Shown: positions 25,605 to 39,009, counted from the first letter of the stretch. The stretch: DNA of 64,000 nt from Octopus sinensis (GCF_006345805.1 NC_043002.1:81096001-81160000); one strand, 5' to 3'. Notes: generated from the letters alone by a model not told the origin. Numbers and translations: made by a program.

Positions 25605-25712
25605 GAGCTTTGTTAGACTTGGAACAACATGTAGGTTTCGATACCACCGATCTGCGCTTTGTTAGAGAGGAACAGCATGCACGTTTCGATACCACCGATC
25701 TTCGTCAGGCAT
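25605..25712 (-). repeat. 48/49-bp tandem duplication containing a decayed hammerhead-like core
   Basis: Units 25605-25653 and 25654-25701; minus strand ATGC-CTGACGA-AGATCGGTGGTATC-GAAAC-GT-GCAT. Confidence 0.6.
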
Positions 25713-26049
25713 CGTAGCTAACGGAAAGCTGCTTGATTAGCACAGTAGCTTTAAATATAGGGTTTACGAAGATATTTGGCTTGCCGTATGCTTCAGAATA
25801 TATTAATTTCTTACTCAGACATAACGTCAGAAATGAGTAGTAATTGTGGCTGAGTGGCTGATACATATGTCATTTGTGGATTTTGAGCTTAAAATGTAGA
25901 GGAATTGAACTAAATGCAGAAGCACTAATGATTTGTAGGTACATGGTATTTCGTTATGCAAACATAATACGCTATAACGTATATTAAATGTTTTTATTAG
26001 TCAATACCATGTTCTACTGTGTTAGCACTGCTATTACATCACTTGTTAA

Positions 26050-26136
26050 GGTTATTTGAACTCAGAGCATGAGGACAGACGAAATACTACTAAGCATTTC
26101 GCCTGGTGTATTAACGTTTCTGCCAGCTCACCGCCT
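26050..26136 (-). mobile_element. SINE family A head fragment
   Basis: TTTGAACTCAGAGC...AACGTTTCTGCCAGCTCACCGCC. Confidence 0.75.
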
Positions 26137-26424
26137 AAATTTCTGGATAAAATTTCTACAGATTACCTGTAGAAATAACATTAATAAAATAAATGCAGAA
26201 ATTCTTTGACTAACTTCGGCGGAGTTAACATTACTGAAAGCAAACGGATCACACCCCATATTTTCTCTCACCGACCATATTTTATGCATGCTGACGCTGG
26301 CTTCCGTTTATTCAAACTGAACATCAGCCCCATTACTTTCATCAGTTTCAGTAGATCTGCAATCATACCAACTGGCGCTTCCCTTCTCATTAATTTCTGT
26401 AATAAAATGGAAAAAACATAAGTA

Positions 26425-26757
26425 GGCGTAGGAGTGGCTGTGTGGTAAGTAGCTTGCTTACGAACCACATGGTTCCGGGTTCAGTCCCACTGCGTGGCAC
26501 CTTGGGCAAGTGTCTTCTACTGTAGCATCGGGCCGACCAAATCCTTGTGAGTGGATTTGGTGGACGGAAACTGATAGAAGCCTGTCGTATATATGTATAT
26601 GTATACATATATATATGTGTATCTTTCTGTCGAAGAGCGTAAGCTCGAAACGTAAAAGACTTGTTTTATTTCTATTCCTGAGCGCCATACTAATACAATT
26701 GTTTGTTTGTACTCCGCCTGCCTTCGTCTTTTGTTTATTTTCGTAAACCTTCCCGTC

Positions 26758-26790
<33 letters not shown>

Positions 26791-27010
26791 TGTATGTATG
26801 TATGTATGTATGTATGTATTATGTATGTGTGTGTGTGTGTATACGTTTGTGTGTCTGTGTTTGTCCCCCAAACATCGCTTGACAACCGATGCCGGTGTGT
26901 TTACGTCACCGTAACCCTAGCAGTCCGGCAAAAGAGACAGATAGTATAAGTACTAGGTTTACAAAGAATAAGTCCTGGGTTGAGTCGATTTGCTCAACGA
27001 AAGGCGGTGA
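26425..27010 (+). mobile_element. SINE family B, full length, with a PLE-tail fragment (26620-26757) inserted in its internal microsatellite
   Basis: Head GTAGGCGTAGGAGTGGCTGTGTGGTAAG; CORE-like GGCACCTTGGGCAAGTGTCTTCTAC; 3' part TGTCCCCCAAACATCGCTTGACAACCGATG...AGAATAAGTCCTGGG. Confidence 0.88.
26622..26659 (+). ncRNA. Minimal type I hammerhead-like motif with A6U core variant
   Basis: TCTTT-CTGTCGA-A-GAGC-GTAA-GCTC-GAAA-CGT-A-AAAGA: 5-bp stem I, 4-bp stem II, ACGT palindromic stem III, GUA triplet. Confidence 0.55.
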
Positions 27011-28054
27011 CATAAGTAAAAGTATAAATGAGTAAAAGAGTGTATTGTTTCCGAAACTGTAACGCTTTAGTTTCCGACTGAGATGCAAAACTCAGGTGCA
27101 TAATGAGCATGTATATATGTGTGTGCATGCACGCGCGCGCGTGTGTGTGTGTGCATGATATATATATATGCAGAGAAGTAGCTTTTAAAAAAACAATATT
27201 TACAGTAAAGGCAAAAATGTTTGAGATGGAAGTAATCAATTGTCGATAATTGTTTTATGCATAACAAAAAAATATTTATGAAAAACAGTTCAGTTATTTG
27301 GATGTTATAAATGTAAAAAGTCCAGACAGAATAGGGAATGACTTTATTTATTAGAGAGATGCAATACAGATAAATGCTGTTATATATGTACATAACTGTT
27401 TTTGATATAGCGTGAAATTAAATAACTTCCAAAGAAACAAGTAAAATATTTACTAGGTCGGAGAATAAAAACATTGTTTCTCGCACATGAAAAAATAATC
27501 TATTTAGAAGTGCAAAATAGAATTAAAACTAAATGGTTTTGCGCATGCGTAGATTTTTAAAATTCGGGTAAGAAAATATACCGAAAAGAATGGAAAAGTA
27601 CATACTGAATGATTTCAATAATATTTGTCATTGATCTGATGTTGTTCCCACACCGAATTACTATTTATAATTAGATTTTTGATGCTCACTTCATTAACTG
27701 TCTTCATTCTCACGTAACTGTTGTTTTTCATGCGAATGGTGTCTCTGAGTAAATAGGTCCAGTGAATTTATATGTCTAAATATTCTAATTTTTCACGCCT
27801 AAACATGCACTATATTGCATATCTATTTAACGATTCTCTTAGGATTACTTTAACAGATACGATAAACTCTATACTTCGCAGATAAGTTCTACTAAGTCTG
27901 AGGGACATGTGCAGAGTTATCTCCCGAACTTGCAGAAATTATTAAGATAATAATCATTTAGCTAATGTTATCTTTTTCTCAAAATGTACTTATCTCTCGT
28001 TACCTTTGTGAGTTTTTTTTTTTTGCATTGAACAAGTTATATCATGAACTAAAG

Positions 28055-28397
28055 CAGGGGTTCTCAACCATGTTTTATCTATGGACCACTTTGGCTACTG
28101 TTTTATTCCGGTGGACCTCCATAGCCATTCGAGGTTTAAAAACTAGTTTTATAGAAACACCTTTCAAAACATCTATTTTGTTATTCTCACATTAACTTGC
28201 ATAAGTTGGACTAAGTAAAACGTTAGAGAAAGAAACGTAACTGCTTCTTGCAATACGTACCAATACATGCATCTATTTTTCTCAAGGATCCTTAAAATAC
28301 TATTATGGATCCCCAATTTACTATTTTGTTGCGTGGACCCCCCAAAAATCTTATGTGGGCCCTCAGGGGCTACATGAACACTGGTTGAGAACCACTG
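28055..28397. mobile_element. hAT-like MITE
   Basis: TIRs CAGGGGTTCTCAACC and GGTTGAGAACCACTG; flanking 8-mers AACTAAAG and AACAAAAC (6/8 match, decayed TSD); homologous to 118-628. Confidence 0.85.
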
Positions 28398-29735
28398 AAC
28401 AAAACACTAAACAAAAGAGAAATCTTGAAAGTCGAGAGACTTCAAACCTGTTTGGGCTACATTTCAGCAGTAGTAAACCCTTGGTGGCTTTGTGATCTCG
28501 CAAAGTAGTGGCAAACATGAAAGGGACATTATGTGGTTGCTGGATGTTTAGAGGTTATCAAGATTTTATTTAGAAATAAAATGGATTGGATCGTTTAAGA
28601 AAACATGGATAATGATTAGTTACACAAAAATAAGTTCTGTGTGAATAGCATAATCTAATGCGATATTTTTGTCAAAACTTAGGGTAAGGGTATTTGAAAA
28701 ACGTCATTCAATGAAGTGTCTGCTGAACTACACAAGATTAAGAGACACTGCAGTAAAAGATTAAACTTTATTTGGTTAGAAGATTAAAGTCTTAGTTTAA
28801 ACGCGATGTACGTAATGACTTTCGCTCACTTCGTGATTTAGGATGTTTAGTTAGCGAAGATATATTTAATATGTAATATAATTATAAAGCATTGTTAGTG
28901 AGGTCGTTAAATGGTGAAGAAAGGACTTTGACAAACTTAGCTGATTGATTAACCGAAAGATAACGCAAACAATCGATTAGTTAATTGGTTAAATGTTAAT
29001 GATTTGACAAATAAAAGAAGTGAAATAGAACCATTGTGTGTGTTATTGGCATAATGACGCTCCTGAGATTCAATGAAAACTAATCCGTATACCTGTGTAA
29101 TAAAAATGTGTGTTAGATAGTTTGATTGTTTTCATTTTGTTTTTAAAATATGAGAAATCGCCAAAGTAGCATTAAAAGGAGTAATTAAGAAAAAAAAACA
29201 TAACGAGAATCATTTGGGAACAAATGCAAACAAAATACATAACTCAAGTATCAGTAATACATTCATGTATACTACAAGTACTGCTAAATATTACATATGT
29301 ACTACGTAGCCTACTATTAATGCAGCAGAAAACACTTGAAGGGATGGAAAACACAAGTACTCAAGGGCTTACATGCAGAGCTGCACTCAGATATTGCAGA
29401 TTAAACAAACAATAGAAATGAGACTATCGAACAAAATTAAATCAAATAACAATGATGATGATGATGATGATGATGAAATTATGATTTACAATTTATTAAA
29501 GTCTCACATTGTTATAGATGCTTTCTTTGTGGAAAATTATAATGGACGAAACGGCGATTTTAATTATAATTCTAATATTTTTAAATTCATAATTGAAATA
29601 CAACGTAATTTCCAGTTGATTAAAAACACCTACTTTTTCATACACACACACACACACACACACACACATACGCACACACACACACACACACACACACGCG
29701 CACATGCACACACACAGACACACTTCCTGCCCCTC

Positions 29736-29768
<33 letters not shown>

Positions 29769-29824
29769 TTACCTCTATCACTACTTATGTACGTAAGTAT
29801 GCATGTATGTACATAATCTTCTGA

Positions 29825-30690
29825 TTTTAATTATTTAAATTCTTCCTCCCAAAAAGGAGCAGGCTTCTAACAAAGATACAAAGCTTCATCGTTGAAATGT
29901 AGATAACAAAAGTAAGGTCACCTCTTAAACTTGAGAAAAGTTTTGCATATTTTTATTGTTCCACTTATAGTAATGTAATAGTAATGTAATAGTAATGTGC
30001 GAGTTGATTGATTTCTTTTTCCGAAAGCCCTAGCTTATTCAGATTGTCACTTCGGCATTTGCTCACAAAACCAAGTGCATCAATTATTAATGGTATAAAT
30101 GTGAATTTATAATCTGAATATAGAAACTGGAGGTTTTCAAGCAGGTGTCCATAGTTATCTTCATCTTCCAATTTTCAAAGAGATATTCACATCAACAGGA
30201 CAACTGCCCTGTATGTCGGTACATACTTTTTCTTGTCTATCCCAAATAACAATATCCGACCTGAATGTTCCGCAACGAATGTTCCTTGTGTTGATGTTTG
30301 TGTATACATTCAATAACAGAGGGATTCTTTATATATATTCCAGGACATTTTTCGAATTGCATTGTATATTGTTTGTGCGGCAACGTCGTATCACAAAGAA
30401 GCTAGTAAGGGTAGTACCTTGTTGACGTTTTTCGGTAGCTACAAATTACATGGGGAATGTTTTCACGTAATCTATATTTTCGGTTGCAACTTGGAGCTCC
30501 AAGGATTTCAATATACCTTTTTCCTAGTAGGTATGTAGTAGCAGCCTTCTGTTCTTGGATTACCTTCGAAGTGTGATGTGATGTAGCAGTCTCGAGTCCA
30601 TATGGTACTTCATTTCATTTCAATATTTCTGTCTCATTCAAGTCTTCGAAAAACATGCCTAGCATGATCATTTTTTTAGCTTATTGAGCA
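29825..30690 (-). mobile_element. 3' fragment of an RLE-encoding non-LTR retrotransposon (R2/R4/NeSL/CRE group)
   Basis: Minus strand: TSHFEG..IQEQ, decayed CCHC region (SCNRKYRL..IPHVICS), RSDIVIWDRQEKVCT..SCPVDVNI, NYGHLLENLQFLYSDYKFTFIPLIIDALG, C-terminal GTIKICKTFLKF. Confidence 0.85.
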
Positions 30691-30758
30691 CTACAAATCC
30701 AGGTTTTCACAGGGTATGTTATCCCGGTTGTTTGGGGGTTGTATTTATGTATGTATAC

Positions 30759-30791
<33 letters not shown>

Positions 30792-31079
30792 TTATGTATG
30801 TATGTATGTATGTATGTATGTATGTATGTATGTATGTATGTATGTTATTATTCGTTTTATTTCAAGACCTTTCAATAAAGAAGGAGTCAGTTTCCAACCA
30901 GCACTCAAGGTTCCTTCATTGGAATTTCAGTAACATCAACAGGTATTTTATCCATGTTTTTGTGCATGCGTGCTGTATTTGAAGTCAGTGCATGTACAGA
31001 TTTGCATGTTTTTTTTATTTATGTTATTTATTCTCCTGCATATAGTTGAATGACTAGACATGCAAATATATACTTAAAT

Positions 31080-31326
31080 ACTGGAAAGCTTTAGAAACTT
31101 TCATAGTTCCCTTGATGACTTGAATCAGTAATCTTCTAATTAGCATTCTTCTTTCTGGTTTTCAGAAACTTATTTCCTCAAGACTGGTGCTTAGGCAGTT
31201 CGTTACATATACCCAATAATTACAGGTATAGACGTGAACTTGCAAATCATGTAGAATAACTGTAATCGTCTCAGTAGTTCAGCGTGAGTATTTTCTTTTT
31301 CACTGGTCTGGACAGCTGATTTCCAC
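31080..31326 (-). mobile_element. Second fragment of a related RLE-type LINE
   Basis: [32 protein letters not shown]...GTMKVSKAF. Confidence 0.7.
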
Positions 31327-31437
31327 TACAGCACATAGTTTTTACTATGTATGTAAGTATGTATGTATGTATGTATGTATGTATGTATGTATGTATGTAT
31401 GTATGTATGTATGTATGTGTAGTGTGTATGCCTGCAT

Positions 31438-31552
<115 letters not shown>

Positions 31553-32025
31553 TTATGTATGTCTGCATGAGTATGTATATGAATGTATGTATGTGCATAT
31601 GTATATGTATATATATAGTGAGATGGATAGATAGACAGACAGACAAGCAGACAGACAGACCGACAGATAGATAGAAAGATAGATAGATAGATAGATAATT
31701 TTAAAATTAATATTTGGTCTAGCCAGTGCTCTTGCTACTCTGAATTTTTGGGGCTCGAGACATTTCATATGCGTTAGGACCCTGTGCGTTCAGGGTAGCA
31801 AGAGAGTAAATTGAGCAAAAATGTAATATTAACCTCTATTATGGTATCGAAAGTTTTTTTTTTTCGATAGCCAACACCAAAACTTGCGTGTGTATATTCA
31901 TATATATATATTGTATAAAGGATCGTGGGTAAGGTCAAACCAATGCGAAGTAAATGCATGGTGAATCACAAGAAAACAAATGTGTGAATTAATGTAGACT
32001 CTCCTTGTATTCAATATTTCGGGGT

Positions 32026-32091
32026 TATGACCCCATTTTCAAGAAATTGACGAATCGCAACATTTGTCAATTTCTTGAAAATGGGGTCATA
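32026..32091. repeat. Perfect 26-bp inverted repeat (66-bp hairpin or mini-MITE)
   Basis: TATGACCCCATTTTCAAGAAATTGAC (32026-32051) and GTCAATTTCTTGAAAATGGGGTCATA (32066-32091). Confidence 0.95.
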
Positions 32092-32109
32092 CATATATAT
32101 ATATATGGT

Positions 32110-32410
32110 AAAGACTCCATTCGGTCATGAATGACCATGGAATTGCACCTAAATCGTTACTCTCCAAGGCACAAGTCCGGGCAAGGTTTTTTTTATGGAA
32201 GACCAGCAGTCACCCATGTATATCAGTCTCCCTTCGCCACGCCACCGATGTTATCCAAGGGAAAGGCAAAGACAGATAGAGCTTGGCACCAGTGACTTCA
32301 CAGCTCGTTCTTAGAGCTGAATGAACTGGAGCAACATGAAGTGTCTTGTTCAATAACACAATACACAGTCGGTTCCGAGAATCGATCACACTACATCATG
32401 ACTGAGCCAT
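32110..32410 (-). mobile_element. SINE (family C-like core) with LINE-like 3' tail
   Basis: GAGCTGAATGAACTGGAGCAACATGAAGTGTCTTGTTCAA is the reverse complement of the core; head ends near 32410. Confidence 0.75.
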
Positions 32411-32664
32411 GCACTTTCACACACAGACACACACGCACACACACACATGCATGCACACACGCATGCACATACACACATATACATGCACGCATGCACACAC
32501 ACACACAAACACAAACATATATGTGTATATACATATATCATCTTCATTATCATCATCATTTAACGTCTGTTGTCCATACCTGTATGGGCTGGACGGATTA
32601 ACTACGCTAGAACGCTGGAAGGCTACGCCAAGCTCCATTTGATATAAATAAATATATTTAAAGG

Positions 32665-33125
32665 GAATAATTATAAATTTTTCCCTTATGATGTTTTTTC
32701 ACATTGGCTACTTGATAAATTCTTATAAAGATGTCATCCTATCTTTAAATTATATATAGTCCTTCTATCACAAATCTTTTTTTAACGCAACCACCAGATA
32801 CACACGACTACAAGAACTAATGGATACACTCATCACCAGAAACTACCCACCTTCACTAATTGACATATGCTTTCAAAGTGCCCTACAACTCAACATCCAC
32901 GAACTCAGACATCCCAAATTAAAGAAGGATTTACAACCAAATGCCCTACCATACATCTCCACACACAACCCTCTCAATAACGAAGCCTTCGACACCATCC
33001 TTCAAAACATTTCCCTGCTAAAAAGAAGGACCACAGAATGAATTTAATCCTCCAAAAACACACCATCATATAAAGCAAGGGACAAACCAAATCTATGAAA
33101 AGTCTCCTAACACAAGCCCGATCCC
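32665..33125 (+). mobile_element. Penelope-like element fragment (RT-thumb to GIY-YIG linker)
   Basis: RLQELMDTLITRNYPPSLIDICFQSALQLNIHELR...LPYISTHNPLNNEAFDTILQN...IIxSKGQTKSMKSLLTQAR is typical of the PLE linker; upstream 32665-32730 is similar to the hammerhead unit at 17568-17636. Confidence 0.75.
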
Positions 33126-33315
33126 TCCTCCTTCTTCTTGTTCTCTGCAAAGAATTCACAACGACAACGAACCCACAAGAGTAAACAAGAGAGATAGAGA
33201 AAGAGACAGGCAGAAACAAGGAAAATGCCCCTTGTATTTGAATACTATGCAAATATTCTTTTAAAAAACCTTTTTTTTTTTAACCTTTCCAAAATTTAAT
33301 TGTTTTCCATACTTA

Positions 33316-33351
33316 CAGTTGAAAAAGTCTCAATGACTGAAAGCGGTACTG
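33316..33351 (+). ncRNA. Minimal type I hammerhead-like motif with U3-A8 covariation
   Basis: CAG-TTGAAAA-AGTC-TCAAT-GACT-GAAA-GCGGT-A-CTG: 3-bp stem I, perfect 4-bp stem II, near-palindromic stem III AGCGGT, GUA triplet. Confidence 0.6.
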
Positions 33352-33399
33352 AAATGTTTTTTATAAAATTACTTTAGCATTTTCTACCTTGACTTCCTT

Positions 33400-33453
<54 letters not shown>

Positions 33454-33468
33454 TATATATATATATAT

Positions 33469-33540
<72 letters not shown>

Positions 33541-33574
33541 TATATATATATATACGCGTACATATATGTAGATA

Positions 33575-33718
<144 letters not shown>

Positions 33719-34726
33719 TTATATATACACATTTAAATCTACAATATACATATGAGCTTTTTGTGATATCAAGCAAAACAAAAACTGTACAACATATAGT
33801 ATACAGCTGTGCTACAAGTGTATTCAGTCTGGTTTGATTGTGTGTTGGAAAAGCGGATTGTTTTTTTGCCATGTTTAAGGTATCGTGTGTCTGGTAATTG
33901 TTCATTGCTATTCATCTCACCGCCTGAAATAATGGAACAAAATAATTGTCAAGTCAGTTGAAGGTAGAGGTTGGATTTCACTGTATGGTTAAAAAAAAAA
34001 CCCACCATAAGACTGGTTAGGTAGTTGGCAAGGTATTATGTCACGTCACTTTTAACATATGTAAATGAAGAAAACAACAAATCATTTACTGATGGTGAGA
34101 CATCATACATTCAATGAATTATTTCACTGTAACGAGTTGACTAGGCCTTCGTGTTTCTCAGATAGCAGTTTTGATTCGCTCAGTTAAGTAAGCGGTTAAA
34201 AGCGAAACTTCAAATTCGAGACAAATGAATTTTGTCAAACCGTATCATATGTGCATGCATACTTATACACATAAACATACAGATTTATATATTTACATAC
34301 ATAGATATATATATATCGAAAACATGCCGCCTACGTAAGCAAGGTAGGCAGTGCCTACATTGAATAGGATAGATCGACAGCAATATTTTCCTTTTATGTA
34401 AAATATGCACCTATTTCAATAAAATTATGAAGGGTACTCTGATTACTCTGCATAAAATCAAAATATTTTATTTTGTAGATTAGGTAGGCATAATTCGGGC
34501 CTGCCTTTCAATCTCAGTATTAAAGCTACGCATAGTGCTGCTGTAGTACACGTGTTGCATACACTCCTACAACACCGTTTGCTTTACGTGCTATAAAGGC
34601 AGAATTAAATCTGCCTTCAACTCGGTCGCGTCGCTATTTTCCGCTTATTTTTTTGTGAGTTTTACTTCATAAAAGTCCCCAACTGCCAAGCCTGAGCAAT
34701 ACTGACGGCAATATATATATATATAT

Positions 34727-34794
<68 letters not shown>

Positions 34795-34991
34795 ATATTA
34801 TATATATATAACATACTGTATATATTAAGCATGCTCACAGAGACACATATTTTGGGTATACGGACAAGGTTTATACAGAAGAACGTCGGGGAAAACTGAA
34901 TTTATGAAGCAAGCAAAAAATAACTGAAGACATGATATTCGAAACAAAGCTCCTCTTCGTCTTCACTCCGAGTTATCCGTAACACATTGTA

Positions 34992-35155
34992 TAACAACAA
35001 CAACAACAACAACAAAATAATAATACTCATGATGATGATGTTGGATGATGATAATGAATACGATGACAAAGATGATGATGATAGTAAAACCATTCATAAT
35101 AACAATACCACAAAACAACAACTATAATTATAATGAATAATGATAATAATAATAA

Positions 35156-35216
<61 letters not shown>

Positions 35217-35283
35217 GTATAATAATAATAACTAATAATAATAATAATATAATAATGATGATATAATAATATATAATAATAAT

Positions 35284-35364
<81 letters not shown>

Positions 35365-35458
35365 TAATAATGCACAGACATTATTGATGACAGAAGTTAT
35401 GTGTAATGTAAGAAGATAATAATGATGACGATAATAATAATAATAATAATAATAACAC
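34992..35458. repeat. Compound (CAA)/(GAT)/(AAT)n microsatellite
   Basis: Direct reading. Confidence 0.93.
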
Positions 35459-35878
35459 CAACAAAAAAAAACAGAAAGTACTTTAAACAAATAAAACTCA
35501 CTTTTACCGCAAATATACATATATATGGCGTTTTATTATTTCGTTCTGGAAAATTGTAATGGCGTACATAGAAATCTATAAAGGAATATGAAACATATAT
35601 AAATAAATGTATTTCTGACATAAACAAATACTCCGGAGGCCTGATACTATAGGTTTCGTGGCTGCTGAATGATGCTTTTTCTTAGCTTCATACTGGAAAG
35701 GCTGTCAAAATGCTTGAAACCATGATAATAATGGTAAATTATAGAGAGTGAGGATCGGGAATACGCTCTCGTGAAGTTGCTGAGTAAGGGAAACATTGTT
35801 CACTGTGGAAACTAAAGAAATCTCTTTTGTGAATCGTATAGACAATAGAACAAAGGATAGATGGATGTATGGTAGGAG

Positions 35879-36540
<662 letters not shown>

Positions 36541-37409
36541 GGATGGATATATTCTCATTCTCTTTCTTGTATTTACTTGAATTCTTCCTAAATAGAGGTA
36601 AGCTGGTTTCTATATGGAAATCAGAGGCTCTAACACCAGAATTTTGTTAACTGCAGCGATAATTATTATATATTGAAGTTCAGGACAGTGTTGCATATTT
36701 TAACGTTGCACTTGCAGATGGTACCTATTAATTGTGTGTTAGCACTCCTCAATCTATGCTTGAAAACTCTCGCTTGTTCAGGTTGTTGCTTAGGCATATA
36801 TTAACATAAAACAAGAGCACCGTTTATTACTGATATAAATGTTAATTTATATTCCGAGTAGAATAGCACCGGGTTTCGAAACAGTTGTCCATAAATTATT
36901 TTCCGTCTCACGGGTTTTGGAGGGGCTGTTCATATCTACAGGGTAGCTTACCTCTACGACTACGCATTATTTTGTAGTTGTTCTTTTTTCTCTCTGCCCC
37001 AAATATCTGTATGAGGTTTCTTTTGTTTTCATACTATTTTATCTTTTATATTTTACTTGGTTTAGTCATTTGACTGCGGCCAAACTGCAGCACAGTGGCA
37101 CTGAATACGGAACCGTTTCACTGGGAAGCAAGCTTCTTACCACTCAGCCACGCTTGCACCTATTGTAGAAATTTGATGAGAACGTTCCACAAATGTGCTA
37201 CATATATGTATCCCAAAACGGCCTTCACTGTGGCATATAGTTTTAACATCAGCAACACAAAGATCCTCTCGCAGTGAAAGGTACTACCTCGATGGCACTT
37301 TTGAGCAGTTCTCCATTACACGTGTTATGTCCTCCAAAGAAGAGTAAAATAATTAACGTTTTCGGTTATATGTATCTATATTACGTAAGTATTCTTCGAT
37401 TCATCTTAT

Positions 37410-37605
37410 TTATTCTTTAATTTGTTTCAGTCATTTGACTTTGACCATGCCGGAGCACAACCTTTAGTCGAAACAAATCAACCCCAGGACTTATTCTTTG
37501 CTTGCCTAGCACGTATTCTATGGTGACGTTTGCCGAACTGCTAAGTTGCGGGAACATAAGCCCACTAGCATCAGGTGTCAAGCGATGGTAAGGAACACAG
37601 ACACA
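37410..37605 (-). mobile_element. SINE family B 3' part
   Basis: TTTGTTTCAGTCATTTGAC...CCCCAGGACTTATTCTTTG...TTTGCCGAACTGCTAAG. Confidence 0.7.
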
Positions 37606-37684
37606 CACAAACATATACATACATACATACATACATCATACATCATACATACATACATATAATATATAATATATATATATATTA

Positions 37685-37753
<69 letters not shown>

Positions 37754-37779
37754 TATATCTATATACATATATATATATA

Positions 37780-38989
37780 CGAGAGGCGTTCAATAAGTAA
37801 TGCCCCTGACCCACTTGCAGTTGTTTGATCTAGCTGAAATTTTGCATGTGCACTTATTTATACCTCTATAGCTGCTGAACTAATTGTGTTTTCCGATTTA
37901 CAGGTGTTTGAACTGAGTCAATGTGAAATGGAGCCTGTTGAGTGTCGAGCAGTGATCTGGTTTTTGTATTTGAAAGGACGCATACCACGGGAGACTTTTG
38001 ATGAAATGAAAGTAACTTATGGTGATGATTCCCCATCATATGACCTTGTAAAACGCTGGCATTGTGAATTCAAACATAGTCGGAACTCTGTGGAAACAGC
38101 TCCCAGATCTGATCGCCCCCTTCTGCCGTTGATGACCATTTTGGAAGGTCAACGCATAACTATTCGTCAAATAGCCCATAAGGTCAATATTAGTACCGGG
38201 TCTGTGGAAACTATCATTCATGACCATTTGCATATGCAAAAGGTGTCTGCCAGATGGATTTCCAGGTTGCTCACACCTTTCCAGAAGCAAGAGCGCGTTG
38301 AGTGCTCGAGGATGAATTTGGAGATGTGCCAAGAAGATGAGTCAAAAATTTTCAAAAGCCTGATCACACAGGATAAAACCTGGGTCCATCACAATGATCC
38401 ATAGACCAAAGCCCAGTCAATGCAGTGAAAGCACCGTGACTCACCTCCTCCAAAGAAGGCAAGGATGCAGCCCTCCGCTGACAAGGTTATGCTCACAGTC
38501 TTCTGGGACCAGGACGGAGTAGTGATGACAGATTCCCTGGCAAAGGGTACCACAATTGCAGGAGCCTATTATGCTTCACTTTTGGGAAATTAAGAGAAGC
38601 TATCAAAATCAAGAGGCGGGGCAAAATCAGCAAAGCATCCTCCTCCTGCAGGACAAACGTTCCGGTCCACAACTCGCGTGTCGCCAGATCAGAAGCACAG
38701 GCGTGCAGCTATGAACTCCTCCCCTTGCACCCTCTGATTTTCACCTCTTCCCAGCCATGAAGTTGATTTTGAAAGGAAAGCGTTTCCCAGATGATGCAGC
38801 CTTGATTTCTGAAGTCACGTCGTGGTTGGAGGACCAAGCTGGGGTCTTCTACAAAAACGGTCTCCAGAGCTGTATCAAACGATGGGAGAAATGCATAACT
38901 CTAGGAAAAGACTAATAACTGTGCCAAGTGTCGTTGCTCTACTGCTATGAGAAGTGGGCCAGGGGCATTACTTATTGAACGTCCTCGAG
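37780..38989 (+). mobile_element. Full-length defective mariner transposon inserted in a (TA)n array
   Basis: TIRs CGAGAGGCGTTCAATAAGTAATGCCCCTGACCCACTT (37780-37816) and AAGTGGGCCAGGGGCATTACTTATTGAACGTCCTCGAG (38952-38989), TA on both sides. Confidence 0.95.
37928..38915 (+). pseudogene. mariner (D,D34D-type) transposase pseudogene
   Basis: MEPVECRAVIWFLYLKG...VKRWHCEFK...KVSARWISRLLT (WVPHEL-like)...ITQDKTWVHH*; continues KVMLTVFWDQDG...LLLQD...APSDFHLFP...KRWEKCITLGKD* (stop 38913-38915); premature stops at 38402 and about 38423, frameshifts, YSPDL motif deleted. Confidence 0.93.
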
Positions 38990-39009
38990 TATATATATAT
39001 ATATATATA

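Noticed and set aside
30885-30925. Minus-strand CCAATGA...GGAAAC motif
   Set aside because: Two core mismatches and no stem I or III; too decayed to call
34710-34810. AA and TT phase flips within (TA)n arrays, seen in many arrays
   Set aside because: Explained by single-base slippage or long-read indel error
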